DNA of 64,000 bases, from NCBI RefSeq assembly GCF_032444005.1, contig NC_091282.1:1153324001-1153388000 (forward strand), written 5' to 3'. Both the position numbers and the translations under genes were made by a program. The notes under the pieces are model-generated. The model saw only the letters and a list, made by a program, of their open reading frames with translations, made no database searches and had not been told where the DNA came from. This stretch comes from Ranitomeya imitator (taxonomy: Eukaryota). Of this stretch, positions 52,211 through 64,000 are shown piece by piece (positions within the stretch are counted from its first letter, which is position 1; every line of letters starts with the position of its first letter).

Positions 52211-52694
52211 TTACAAGCGAGATCCAAAAAGAAACCACTTGAAATGGATGTGCTGGTGCCGCCACCCCACATTCCAAAACACTTCCAGCATGAGCACTGG
52301 TTAGTATCACAAATACACTATGCACTTTTTGGGATTACCCTTATGAATGATTTTGGATATATGATAATGTTATTTATGTATTTATTTGTAATATATTGAC
52401 TTATTATATATTTTCTCTTGCCACTGGTAATATATTATTGGGATAAAACTATTGATATTTTATCATGGTTTTTTCCTTTTTTGTTGCTCATGTCTGTATT
52501 GTGAATTTTTTTGTGAGAATAGTGAGGCATGATTAATACCTTTTTATTTATGAAATTTATTACATTGAATTTCAATTGATTCTATATGTGAATTGCTTTT
52601 TTGCGCTCCTGGTACTCCACACTGTGGAAAACTTTTTGTACGTACTGATTTATAGTAGTGCTGTGTGTGTCGATCTGCTTACCCCTAATTTTAA

Positions 52695-53944
52695 CCCCTT
52701 TCTGCCAGCTGACGGAATAGTACGTCAGCTGGCAGATCCCCTGCTTTGAGGTGGGCTCCGGCGGTGAGCCCACCTCAAAGCCGCGACATGTCAGCTGTTT
52801 TGTACAGCTGACATGTGCGCGCAATGAGCGAGAGCGGAATCGCGATCCGCCCATGCTCATTAACTAGTTAAATGCCGCCGTCAAGCGCTGACAGCGGCAT
52901 TTAACTAGCGCTCCCGGCCGCGCGGCCGGGAGTGCTCGCACTGCTGACCCCCGCCACATGATCGGGGGTCAGCAGTGCATCGCCATAACAACCAGAGGTC
53001 TCCTTGAGACCTCTATGGTTGTTGATGGCCGATTGCTTTGAGCGCCACCCTGTGGTCGGCGTTCAAAGCAACCCTGCATCTCTGCTACATAGAGGTGATC
53101 TGTGCTTCACCTCTATGTAGCAGAGCCGATCGAGTTATGCATGCTTCTAGCCTCCCATGGAGGCTATTGAAGCATGCTAAAATAAAAAAAAAAAAAGTGA
53201 TTAAAAATATAAAAAAAATAAAAAATATATAAAAGTTCAAATCACCCCCCTTTCGCCCCAATCAAAATAAAACAATTAAAAAAAAATCAAACATACACAT
53301 ATTTGGTATCACCGCGTTCAGAATCGCCCGATCTATCAATAAAAACAAAGGATTAACCTGACCGCTAAATGACGTAGCGAAAAAAAAATCAAAACGCCAA
53401 AATTACATTTCAAAAGAACGTATCAAAAGAACGTATCTACACCAAAATGGTATCATTAAAAACGCCAGCTCGGCACGCAAAAAATAAGCCCTCACCTGAC
53501 CCCAGATCACGAAAATTGGAGACGCTACGGGTATCGGAAAATCGCGCAATTTTTTTTTTTTTTTTAGCAAAATTTGGAAAATTTTTTCACCACTTAGATA
53601 AAAAATAACCTAGACATGTTTGGTGTCTGTGAACTCGTAATGACCTGGAGAATCATAATGGCAGGTTAGTTTTAGCATTTAGTGAACCTAGCAAAAAAGC
53701 CAAACAAAAAACAAGTGTGAGATTGCACTTTTTTTGCAATTTCATCACACTTGGAATTTTTTTCCCATTTTCTGTTACATGGCATGGTAAAATCAATGGT
53801 ATCGTTCAAAAGTACATCTCATCCCGCAAAAAATAAGCCCTCACATGGCCATATTGACGGAAAAATAAAAAAGTTATGGCTCTGGGAAGGAGGGGAGCAA
53901 ATAACGAAAATGAAAAAGCGGAAAAAGCTCCGGGGGTGAAGGGG
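52695..53944. mobile_element. Non-autonomous piggyBac-type element, copy 2
   Basis: TTAA|CCCCTT...AAGGGG|TTAA; more CpG-rich than copy 1. Confidence 0.9.
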
Positions 53945-55242
53945 TTAATATAGTTTTAATGTTGTGTCTTTGTTTGGTGTTGAATATAATAAAATAATTG
54001 AATTTTAATGGAGACTTTTTGATTATTTATTTCAAGTGGTTTCTTTTTGGATTTCATGCTTATGTTTCTGCTTGGAGTTTACATTATAGGATTATTTATA
54101 ACTATTTAGGGTATTTGTTTCTCTTTATTTGTTGGATTAATGGGTCTTACAAGTGGCCTGTAGCCACAGATGCCAGTTTGAGAGAAAAACTCTGCAGGAA
54201 AGGTTTGGGTGTGTCAGATTTTGCCTTGCATGCAGGCAGAGCAGTTGGCTCTGCAGAGCTCAAATGTGTGAGACAACACAGAGCCTAGTGGAGCCAAAAG
54301 GCCTGGCACCCTCAGTGTATACGGCGGTGCAGTTGCCCACGGCAATTAGTCATGGACTGTCTTTGTTTCCCAGCTGCAATTTGAAGGATCTGATTTACTT
54401 CCTTGGTTTGTGAGTACGCTGTTTTATTAAAAGAGACTTTACTTTGAACTTTTCCTGGGTCACTACCTCATCCCTGCACAGTGTGGACACCGCTGCACTA
54501 CAATAGGTAAAATCCATCTTGCTCAAGAAAATATAGACTGCCAGCTCATTGATGAAACAAAGTAGAGCTGTGAGAGAGAATGAGAAAGGAAGGCAGAGAG
54601 ACACAGAGAGGCCAAGCTTCTGCTTTTTCATAACTTTTATCTTTTCCAGAGCTGGATTCACAGCTATACTGCTCATTACTACACTATGATATCCTACATG
54701 CTGATGCTTATGAACATGCGCTATATAAAGACAAGACAGGAGAACAGTATTCCTTCATGTCATAATTTCAGCTGCTTTCACTCACTAGCTCGTAGAAAAC
54801 TTTACCTGATGCTGCAGATGAGAAAACTGTTGAAACTTGCATGTACTAATTCATATAATGTCCGGTAATAGAATTTTCCTCCTGTACGTTCATGGAAGAA
54901 TTTTTTATATTGTGCAAATGATCATTAATAACTTGATTTTATGGACAGAAAGGTCCGTACATGTTGTATTTTACCATGTTCTATCCTTCATTCTCAATAA
55001 AGATAAAGCACTTCTAGAGTTGACCATACCTTTTCTCTAACTGGAACTTACAGAAAAATCAGACAACGCAATAAAAAACAATATTATAGAAAAAACTTCC
55101 TATATTCTGTAAATCTTACTGAATGCTATAATATTTAATCATTTTGACTACTGCATTGTCTTTAAGAAAGAAGAATGAAACGCTGCATGGAACAATACCA
55201 TTCATTTCAGCCATTTTTGGCTTAAAGTGAATGAATTCTGTA

Positions 55243-55467
55243 ATAGTAACATAGTAACATAGTTAGTAAGGCCGAAAAAAGACATTTGTCCATCCAGTTC
55301 AGCCTATATTCCATCATAATAAATCCCCAGATCTACGTCCTTCTACAGAACCTAATAATTGTATGATACAATATTGTTCTGCTCCAGGAAGACATCCAGG
55401 CCTCTCTTGAACCCCTCGACTGAGTTCGCCATCACCACTTCCTCAGGCAAGCAATTCCAGATTCTCA
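55243..55467 (-). mobile_element. CR1 3'-end fragment
   Basis: Reverse complement of the CR1 ORF2 end, 3' UTR and (GTTACTAT)n tail. Confidence 0.95.
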
Positions 55468-56493
55468 TAAAAATAATGCTTATTTTTGTCGTGATGTCAA
55501 GACCCTTCTCACCAATAGTAGTCTCATGACTGCTTAATATATTTACCAGCCCACTTTTCAGTGTATAAAATTTCTCAGAAGGTATCTGTTAAGACTGCAA
55601 AATTGGTTTCTGCTAATCACAAATATTCCTACCAGTGGGCATTAGTAATGCCAGAAATTGATTTCGCTGCTCTATATTCATTCAAGATACATTTCTCAAC
55701 AAAAGTAAAGAATCAAAGAATACAGCAGTATTCATCTACACAGTACATTTATGGCAACAACTATTGCATTCTCTATATGCATCTATTGCGAGGAAATATC
55801 TGTGTAGGATGCAATAGTTTGAGATCTAGTGTTTAGCCCCGGAGTGACCCTAAACATAACCACAAATGCCTTACTTGTGACATAGCTTATTAAAAGCCCA
55901 TTTTCTCATATTACCCTAAGCGTAGCATGTCTGGTGCCTGTATTATAACACCGAACATACTGTAAGACATGGTTCATTTATGACCTTATTGAAATTCTTG
56001 TGTTTTTACGGAGGATTGATTTGCACCTGGTCCTGAAAGACACATAATTAAGAAGTGTTTTTAAATTAAGAACATCTGCCATGCAAACTCTTATTTTAGA
56101 TACTTCTCTAATACAGGAGCAGTCATCCCTTCATAATTCTGATGCAGGGTTAGAAAATAGGAAAAAAATAAATATACAGCAAAAATGGAAATGTTCAGAG
56201 GAAATAAGCCAGTACTGAGTGGGTGCAGGGCTTAAGTGACACAACAATGGCATGTGAACCACGGGAGAGGGCTCACATATTTAAAAGGTTATCCAGCTCC
56301 TCTCACTTTTGAATGGGAGCATGAGACTCGCTGATAATGTGACATTTGTGCCAGTCTGCAAGTAGAGATGGTCGGATCTGGCAAAATTCAACTATGCAAA
56401 ATTTTGAAAAATTTTAATTAAAGCAAATTTATTCTCTGTAAATTCATTCTTTACTAACCTCTGTGGCATCCCCAAACCTTAGGGGATGATAGG

Positions 56494-57092
56494 GCAAAGA
56501 ATGCCCCCTTGTGTCCGTCACCTTCCTTGGTATAAACAAATCCTCAGCGAGATATTTGTATTGTCCCCTTATATACTTATACATGGTTATTAGATCGCCC
56601 CTCAGTCGTCTTTTTTCTAGACTAAATAATCCTAATTTCGCTAATACCCAGATAGATTAGCGAAATTAGGATTATTTAGTCTAGAAAAAAGACGACTGAG
56701 GGGCGATCTAATAACCATGTATAAGTATATAAGGGGACAATACAAATATCTCGCTGAGGATCTGTTTATACCAAGGAAGGTGACGGGCACAAGGGGGCAT
56801 TCTTTGCATCTGGAGGAGAGAAGGTTTTTCCACCAACATAGAAGAGGATTCTTTACTGTTAGGGCAGTGAGAATCTGGAATTGCTTGCCTGAGGAGGTGG
56901 TGATGGCGAACTCAGTCGAGGGGTTCAAGAGAGGCCTGGATGTCTTCCTGGAGCAGAACAATATTGTATCATACAATTATTAGGTTCTGTAGAAGGACGT
57001 AGATCTGGGGATTTATTATGATGGAATATAGGCTGAACTGGATGGACAAATGTCTTTTTTCGGCCTTACTAACTATGTTACTATGTTACTAT
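56494..57092 (+). mobile_element. CR1 3' fragment (56645..57092) preceded by an inverted duplicate of its own 5' part (56494..56644)
   Basis: 151-bp arms, 12-nt spacer TACCCAGATAGA, intact tail; sits in a decayed TAGAGATG-type hAT element. Confidence 0.95.
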
Positions 57093-58196
57093 AAGTGTAA
57101 GATGTATAAAAAAAACTATCACTTATTTCACCACTCACGTTTCCAACTGCCTTTGCTGCTTGATACCACCCAGTCCTCTGGGGTCATTCTTTCTTCCATT
57201 GTGCACCACATCTTCAGCTTCTTCACACTAGGATGGGACTTTTGGGCACTACTCTGCCTCAGATCTACCTTTGCGCTGTGGTGTTACAGCACTTTTCATG
57301 ATGCCATGATGTTGTGACTTATAGCGTGAGCTCATGAAGCGCATTGACGTTTGAGGCCTGGTCATGCACGAAAATCTCATCCTAGAGTGAAGAAACCTGG
57401 AAAAAATTTGGAAAATATAGATTTTTGTAAAATATGAGTAGAATTAATTTCAATTTGAATAAATTTGCCCATCTCTTCCTACCAAGTATTGACAAGTATT
57501 GTTCACCTGTGCTATTAATTAGAATACTATATTAATAGTACATCCTATTCGTTTCGATAATTTGCATCTGACCATTAATGCAATAAAGTAGGGGAATGAT
57601 GAGTTAATCTAGTTAATTTAGTTACAAAATTATAAAAAAAAGCTAGATTTGCCACAATCCATTTTTTCCAATTTGGTTTTTACAAATAACAGCAAAATGG
57701 TGGCCAGCTTGCTGCCATCTCACTGCAATCTGAGGGCTGGGAAGAGGCTAAAAAAATATTATATTTACCTTTCCTCAGCCCCCCTAATATCTCTCTTTGC
57801 AATTTTCTTTTTCTATGCTTTGTCTTCTCGCTTTTGTTTTCTATTGTACTAGGCTCACCCATGTCAATACAATCAATAACTAGTTTCATGCACCATATGG
57901 TGGGGCCTGGCGAAAAATCCTGGAAGCCTGGATAGAGAAAGATAGGAAACAGAAGACAGAAGAGAGATAACAGATAAGTCAGTCCGATGACCAATAGGAG
58001 AGGTTTGTGGAGAACCAGGGAGAGATAAGTATAAGAGGGTTATTGAGTTATTTTTAACCCCTCCTTTCAGAGTATATTTGTACACAATATATTCAGCGCA
58101 AATTGAGTTTCTTGCCTGAATTTGAACCAATTTTCCAAACTCTAATATTGGCAGATTCCCTATTTTATGAATATATATAATGCAATAATTTATATA

Positions 58197-59707
58197 CACT
58201 ACCGTTCAAAAGTTTAGGGTTACCCAGAAAATTTGGTGTTTTCCATGAAAACTCATACTTTTATTAATCAAATGAGTTGCCAAATGAATTTAAAATCTAG
58301 TCCAGACATTGACAAGGCTCGAAAAAAATATTTTTGTTTGAAATAATAATTTTCTCCTTCACACTTTGCTTTCGTCAAGGAATGCTCCCTTTGCAGCAAT
58401 TACAGCATTGCAGACCTTTGGCATTCTAGCAGTTATTTTGCTGAGGTAATCTGGAGAAATTTCCCCCTATGCTTCTAGAAGCCCCTTTTACAAGTCGGTT
58501 TGGCTTGATGGGCACTTTTTGCATACCATACGGTCAAGCTGCTCCCAAAACAGCTCATTAGGGTTGAGATCTGATGACTGTGCTGGCCACTCCATTACAG
58601 ATAGTATACCAGCTGCGGCTTCTTCCCTAATAGTTCTTGCATAATTAGGAGGTGTGCTTTGGGTCATTGTCCTGTTGTAGGATGAAATTGGCTCCAATCA
58701 AGCGCTGTCCACAGGGTATGGCATGGCGTTGCAAAATGGATTGATAGCCTTCCTTAATCAAAATCCCTTTTACCTTGTACAAATCTCCCACTTTACCAGC
58801 ACCAAAGCAACCCCAGACCATCACATTACCTCCACCATGCTTGACAGATGGCATCAGGCACTCTTCCATCATCTTTTCAGTTTTCTACATCTCGCAAATT
58901 TTCTTCTGCGTGATCTAAACACCTCAAACTTGGATTCGTCTGTCCATAACACTTTTTTCCAATCTTCCTCTGTCCAATGTCCGTTTTCTTTTGCCCATAT
59001 TAATCTTTTCCTTTAATTAGCCAGTCTCAGATATGGCTTTTACTTTGCCACTCTGCCCTGAAGGCCAGCATCCCGGAGTTGCCCCTTCACTGTAGACGTT
59101 GACACTGGAGTTTTGCGTACACTATTTAATGAAACTGATAGTTGAGGACCTGTGAGGCGTCAATTTCTCAAACTACAGTCTCTAATGTACTTGTCTTGTT
59201 GCTCAGTTGTGCAGCGGGGCCTCCCACTTCTCTTTCTACTCTGGTTAGAGCCTGTTTGTGCTCTCCTCTGAAGGGAGTAGTACACACCGTTGTAGGAAAT
59301 CTTCATTTTCTTGTCAATTCCTTGCATGGAATAGCCTTCATTTCTAAGAACAAGAATAGACTGTCGAGTTTCACGTGAAAGTTCTTTTTTCTGGCCATTT
59401 TGAGCGTTTAATGGAACCGAAAAATGTAATGCTTCAGATTCTCAACTAGCTCAAAGGAAGGTCAGGTTTATAGGTTCTCTAATCAGCCAAACTTTTCAGC
59501 TGTGCGGACATACTTGCACAAGGGTTTTCAAGGGCATTCTAACCATCCCTTAGCCTTCTTAAACAGTTAGCAAACACAAAGTACCATAAGAACACTGGAG
59601 TGATGGTTGTTGGAAATGGGCCTCTATACACCTATGAAGATATTGCATTACAAACCAGACATTTGCAGCTAGAATACTCATTTACCACATTAACAATGTA
59701 TAGAGAG
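58197..59707 (-). mobile_element. Tc1 transposon lacking the end at higher coordinates; inactive transposase
   Basis: TA|CACTACCGTTCAAAAGTTTAGGG terminus; ATG at 59398; SVKHGGGNVMVWGCF, LQQDNDPKH, WPAQSSDLNP; cut by the hAT element at 59708. Confidence 0.92.
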
Positions 59708-60658
59708 TAGGGTTGAGCGACTTTTACTTGTATAGGATCGGGTCGGGTTTCACGAAACCCGACTTTTTCAAAAGTCGGGTTGAGTGAAATCGGCCGATCC
59801 TATAAAAAAGTCGGGGTCGGGGTCGGCCGAAACACGAAACCCAATGCAGTGCAATGGGTTTCCAATGGTTCCCAAGGTCTGAAGGAGAGGAAACTCTCCT
59901 TCAGGCCCTGGGATCCATATATAAGTGTAAAATATAGAATTAAAATAAAAAATATTGCTATACTCACCCTCTGACGCGCCCTGGTACTAACGGCAGCCTT
60001 CCTTCCTTAGAATCAGCACGTGAAGGGCCTTAGATGACGTCGCGGCTTGTGATTGGTCGCACGACCGCCCATGTGACCGCTCGCGCGACCAATCACAAGC
60101 CGCGACGTCAACGAAGGTCCTTCAAGCGCTGATTCTTAGGAAGGAAGGCTGCCGGAAAGAAGCAGGGCGCGTCCGAGGGTGAGTATATTCCTATTAGGTA
60201 TTTAATGAGAACAACCACAAGGTGGCAGTCAAATAACTGTCACCTTAAAGAAGCCAACCATTAATAAAAACTTGAATCCATTTTATTTAAAGAAAAAATA
60301 ATGAAGACGATACATATACTTTTTTTAAAACTACTTCTATTTTTCCGGATATTCCCCTTAGGGAGAGCCATGAGAAGCACACAATAATAAATAAACAATA
60401 AAGTGCATATCTCAAACACAAAGAGACTCAGCTTCTCAAACAACACATAGACTATATATAAGGTGCTAAAACAGCCTCCCCTTTTATTTGGCTAGTGTAC
60501 TATGTTATAGAAGCGGTCCTTAGTACCATAATATCCTATGTAACCACCATAAACCAATCATATTCCGGGATCCCCACATAAGGTACATAAAGTTATGCCA
60601 CTACCATTACCTAAGATAAGTCTTTCTATTGTGTGCCTCCTCTCCTGGCTTCTCCCAG

Positions 60659-60698
60659 CGCCCCGACGCGCGTTTCGCCCTTGCTTCTTCCGGGGGCG
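60659..60698 (-). ncRNA. Minimal type I hammerhead ribozyme-like motif, copy 1
   Basis: CGCCCC-CGGAAGA-A-GC(AAGG)GC-GAAA-CGCGCGT-C-GGGGCG: 6-bp stem I, 2-bp stem II, palindromic ACGCGCGT stem III, GUC site; U4 replaced by G. Confidence 0.6.
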
Positions 60699-61152
60699 TG
60701 TCTTTTTAACCACAAGGTGGCAGTCAAATAACTGTCACCTTAAAGAAGCCAACCATTAATAAAAACTTGAATACATTTTATTTAAAGAAAAAATAATGAA
60801 GACGATACATATACTTTTTTTAAAACTACTTCTATTTTTCCGGATATTCCCCTTAGGGAGAGCCATGAGAAGCACACAATAATAAATAAACAATAAAGTG
60901 CATATCTCAAACACAAAGAGACTCAGCTTCTCAAACAACACATAGACTATATATAAGGTGCTAAAACAGCCTCCCTTTTATTTGGCTAGTGTACTATGTT
61001 ATAGAAGCGGTCCTTAGTACCATAATATCCTATGTAACCACCATAAACCGATCATATTCCGGGATCCCCACATAAGGTACATAAAGTTATGCCACTACCA
61101 TTACCTAAGATAAGTCTTTCTATTGTGTGCCTCCTCTCCTGGCTTCTCCCAG

Positions 61153-61192
61153 CGCCCCGACGTGCGTTTCGCCCTTGCTTCTTCCGGGGGCG
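61153..61192 (-). ncRNA. Minimal type I hammerhead ribozyme-like motif, copy 2
   Basis: Same as copy 1 except stem III is ACGCACGT (one CpG-type change). Confidence 0.55.
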
Positions 61193-64000
61193 TGTCTATA
61201 GCCCGGCATGGTGACCCATAAATAGTGTAGCTGAGCCAATCCCTAACCACCGCTACTTAGAATATTACCGCCAGTTCCGTGTGACCTTCTGGCGCATGCG
61301 CAAGTTCTCCCTACTCCGGATGTAATGACACTTCGGATCGCCCGCCGAGTGGACCGCATGCTGGAACACAAGCGGATACCACTAATGGCGCCGTCCGAAG
61401 TGAAGGGAGAGAGGAACCCACGCATGCGCACTATCATCAGGAAGTGCGACTTAAGGGAGCAGAAAAAGAAACTGATAGTATACCTATTAGATATATACTC
61501 ACCCTCGGACGCGCCCTGCTTCTTTCCAGCAGCCTTCCTTCCTTCATTTCATTTCCCAGTCTAAAACTGTCCAGTAATTGATCATTAAATGATAATTTGC
61601 TTGCTTTTTGCTTATTGCACCTCTATCATCATATAAGCCTATCCTTTATAGCAATAGTAACTAATATCAGCTAAACCCAATGATATTGGAAGATTCAGTA
61701 GATGATTTAATGTGTATGGTGTCGCCATCCGACTAATGGTCGGGAGATATGTCAATCATGCATGTCAATTTTAGACTGCTGATTGCATTGTTGGTGGCTT
61801 TCTTGTAGACAACACAGGAGCATTCGGACGAAAGAGTGCTGTGTATGAGAAAGACTGCTGAGATGACCATCATCTGAACAAATGACCAAAGCATAGTTTA
61901 GCTGATAGCCATCAAACGTGAATGGCCAACTTTAGCTTTATAATGAACAATGGTTGGGAAACACCAATGACAGCAAAAATGATCATTTGACCAAAAACTC
62001 TCACAAATATTTAAAACCTATAATTGCAAGTAATTGACAGCTGATTGACTTGTTATATCAATAGCATCAGATGGAGATTATTAGCATATGTAAAACATAC
62101 CTTAAACTTGATAGTAAGTATTGACAAGCATCATTTCATTGTGTTGAATTCGACCCAGTAGACTACCTCTGAATTACAAAAGCCAGCTAGCTAGAAGTAA
62201 AGCTGCATGCCCTTGGAAATAGTGTTTATTTATTGGTAACTATGTTACTAACGATTAGATAGCTACCAGACATTGAATCTCCAATCTTCTCTTCCACAGC
62301 TGCTATCTAATTCTGCAGCCGCATGATCCCTGTGAAGTTCATACTTTGATATCATATCTGGTTCTGAACATGGAGACAGCTGTGTGGCTGAAGCCCAAGG
62401 CAATGCAGACACAATAAGTTTGCCTTTAGTACTTGATCATGAGTGGTGCCGCTAATCCTCAGATAAGCAACTGTTGGATGGACATGTGAGTTTGTCAGTG
62501 TCTGTTCTAGATATTTCTCAGCCTTTTGAGGAGATGGTGTGAGAGGAGATTGACAGAACTAGTGAATGCCCTGAAACATTAGTAACTCCTTCACCTTTAT
62601 ATATAGAAAACTGTGTTCTCAAAAAAAAAATACTCTTGTTATTCCACAAGCTACAAAATGCATTTTGGAATTTAGAAGAAAATTTTACGGATCTTTCCTA
62701 TATGAATTTTTTTCTGCAATTTGTTCCTCCTAAATTCAGCAAAATGGCAGCTATATGTAGCTGCCATTTTTCTAAACCATAAAGGATCGACCAAAAGTAA
62801 AATAATAATAATTATTCAATACTTACTTGGCCCTGCGCCCCCACCGTCTGCTGTCTAGTTCTCAGTGTCTACTCTATTCACCTTCTCCTGTTGCACACAT
62901 CTTCTTCAAATTGCTTCACTCTCTGTATTGGGGCTTCTGGTATGAAGTAGAAAGCTGACGTCATTGTGCACCATGCCATCACAGCGCACGTCATAACATT
63001 GTAGTTTTACCTAGTGCATCGGCTAAGGCCTAATTATGTGAGCGACCTACTGGGCAATGGAGGCTCCTGTACAGAGTGAAGAAAACTGAAGAGGATCCAC
63101 GCTATGGGGAAGTGACAAAAATGGTGCAGAGGACTACATGATGTGCTGTAGGGGAAGAGGGACAAGTGTATGGTGGGGTATTAATATTTCATTTATTTTT
63201 TTGTTTATTATTTTCTGAGATGTAAAATGACTCCAGATCATAAAAATCAACATTCGAATCGAATGGAATAACTTTGATGCAAATCAAATGTCCTTGTTAG
63301 ATTTGTATAAATTGCCAAATTTTAATTTTGAAAGATTCGATTATTACTCAAAATACTTTGAATCGCATAATAAACCATGTGTCTCCAATCTGTGGCTCTC
63401 CAGCTAGGTCTGTATGCAAATGGTTGCTCTTGTATAGCTCTGTATCCTAAGTAGAGATGAGCAAATTATTTCTCAGGATCTTGGACCAGCAGCCACATCA
63501 GTAGTTTGTGGTTGAAAAAGAACGTCCTCCTTCTTGCCAGGTTAGGGCCTGTTTTGGTAAGCCGGTGTGACATCATGCTATAACCTCATAATGCTCTGGG
63601 CTTACCAATCAGAAGAAGCTTTAGAGATACCTGCAAGTAAGAGAATGTACACAAGGCTTCCATCAGGCTGCTCTGTGTTATTGACATGGCCACGGGCCCA
63701 GAGTCCTGCAAATGGATTTGCTAGCCGCCAATCTTTTATGATTCACATGATAGCTTTCAATAGGTGACAATAAAGTCTCTATACACTACCCTGGCGATCT
63801 ACGTAAGCAGAAGTTGTACTCTTGCGCTCTGAGAGCCAAGAGCGTGCTGGATTTTGGGGGTTTGCAAATACTGCAGACCAAAAAGTTGAGGAGCATTGCT
63901 CTAGAGCCTAATATAAAAGAGAGAGTTTCAGAAAGATCTACGCAAATCATCAAATCATCACCATCATCAAGCTAAATGTTCTCCACAACAACAAATACAA

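Larger units (their letters stand above)
60213..61478 (-). mobile_element. Non-coding Penelope-like/retrozyme-like insert: two tandem ~490-bp units plus a CpG-rich segment
   Basis: 60213..60703 and 60708..61197 differ by 3 substitutions and 1 indel; each has a hammerhead-like motif at its minus-strand 5' end. Confidence 0.65.
59708..61543. mobile_element. hAT MITE (TAGGGTTGAGC terminus), interrupted near 60201..61478 and truncated
   Basis: Left TIR related to the TAGTGTTGAGC family; shares the TCTGAAGGAGAGGAAACTCTCCTTCAG hairpin and the CCAAT palindrome; no right TIR. Confidence 0.8.

Noticed and set aside
56494-56807. Twin-priming explanation of the CR1 inversion
   Set aside because: The inverted segment duplicates sequence also present in the forward part, which twin priming does not produce.
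60261-60941. Duplicated 61-aa hydrophobic ORF (MLFEKLSLF...)
   Set aside because: TTG start, AT-rich low-complexity composition; it is duplicated only because the tandem unit is.

Overview
Eukaryotic, AT-rich, intron-like or intergenic DNA dominated by transposable elements. The repeat families suggest an anuran (frog) genome; this is an inference, not a lookup. No complete host gene could be identified, only a few low-confidence + strand exon candidates. Well-supported content: four near-identical CR1 LINE fragments, an L2 fragment, tRNA-derived SINEs, three near-full-length Tc1 elements plus fragments, a decayed piggyBac transposase, and non-autonomous hAT, piggyBac-type, Harbinger-type, pogo-type and Kolobok/T2-type elements, many with intact TSDs. 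Also present are a non-autonomous Helitron with a minisatellite, Penelope-like remnants and two LTR-like segments. Many elements are nested. Most interesting: (i) a ~495-bp tandem unit with a minimal hammerhead-ribozyme fold at the same position in each copy (retrozyme/Penelope-pLTR-like); (ii) CpG-rich palindromic cores bracketed by outward-facing GTGAGT splice donors in unrelated transposon superfamilies; (iii) a canonical splice acceptor directly before the piggyBac transposase; (iv) several short-spacer fold-back duplications, including a snap-back CR1. Coordinates were counted by hand; boundaries without a TSD are approximate.
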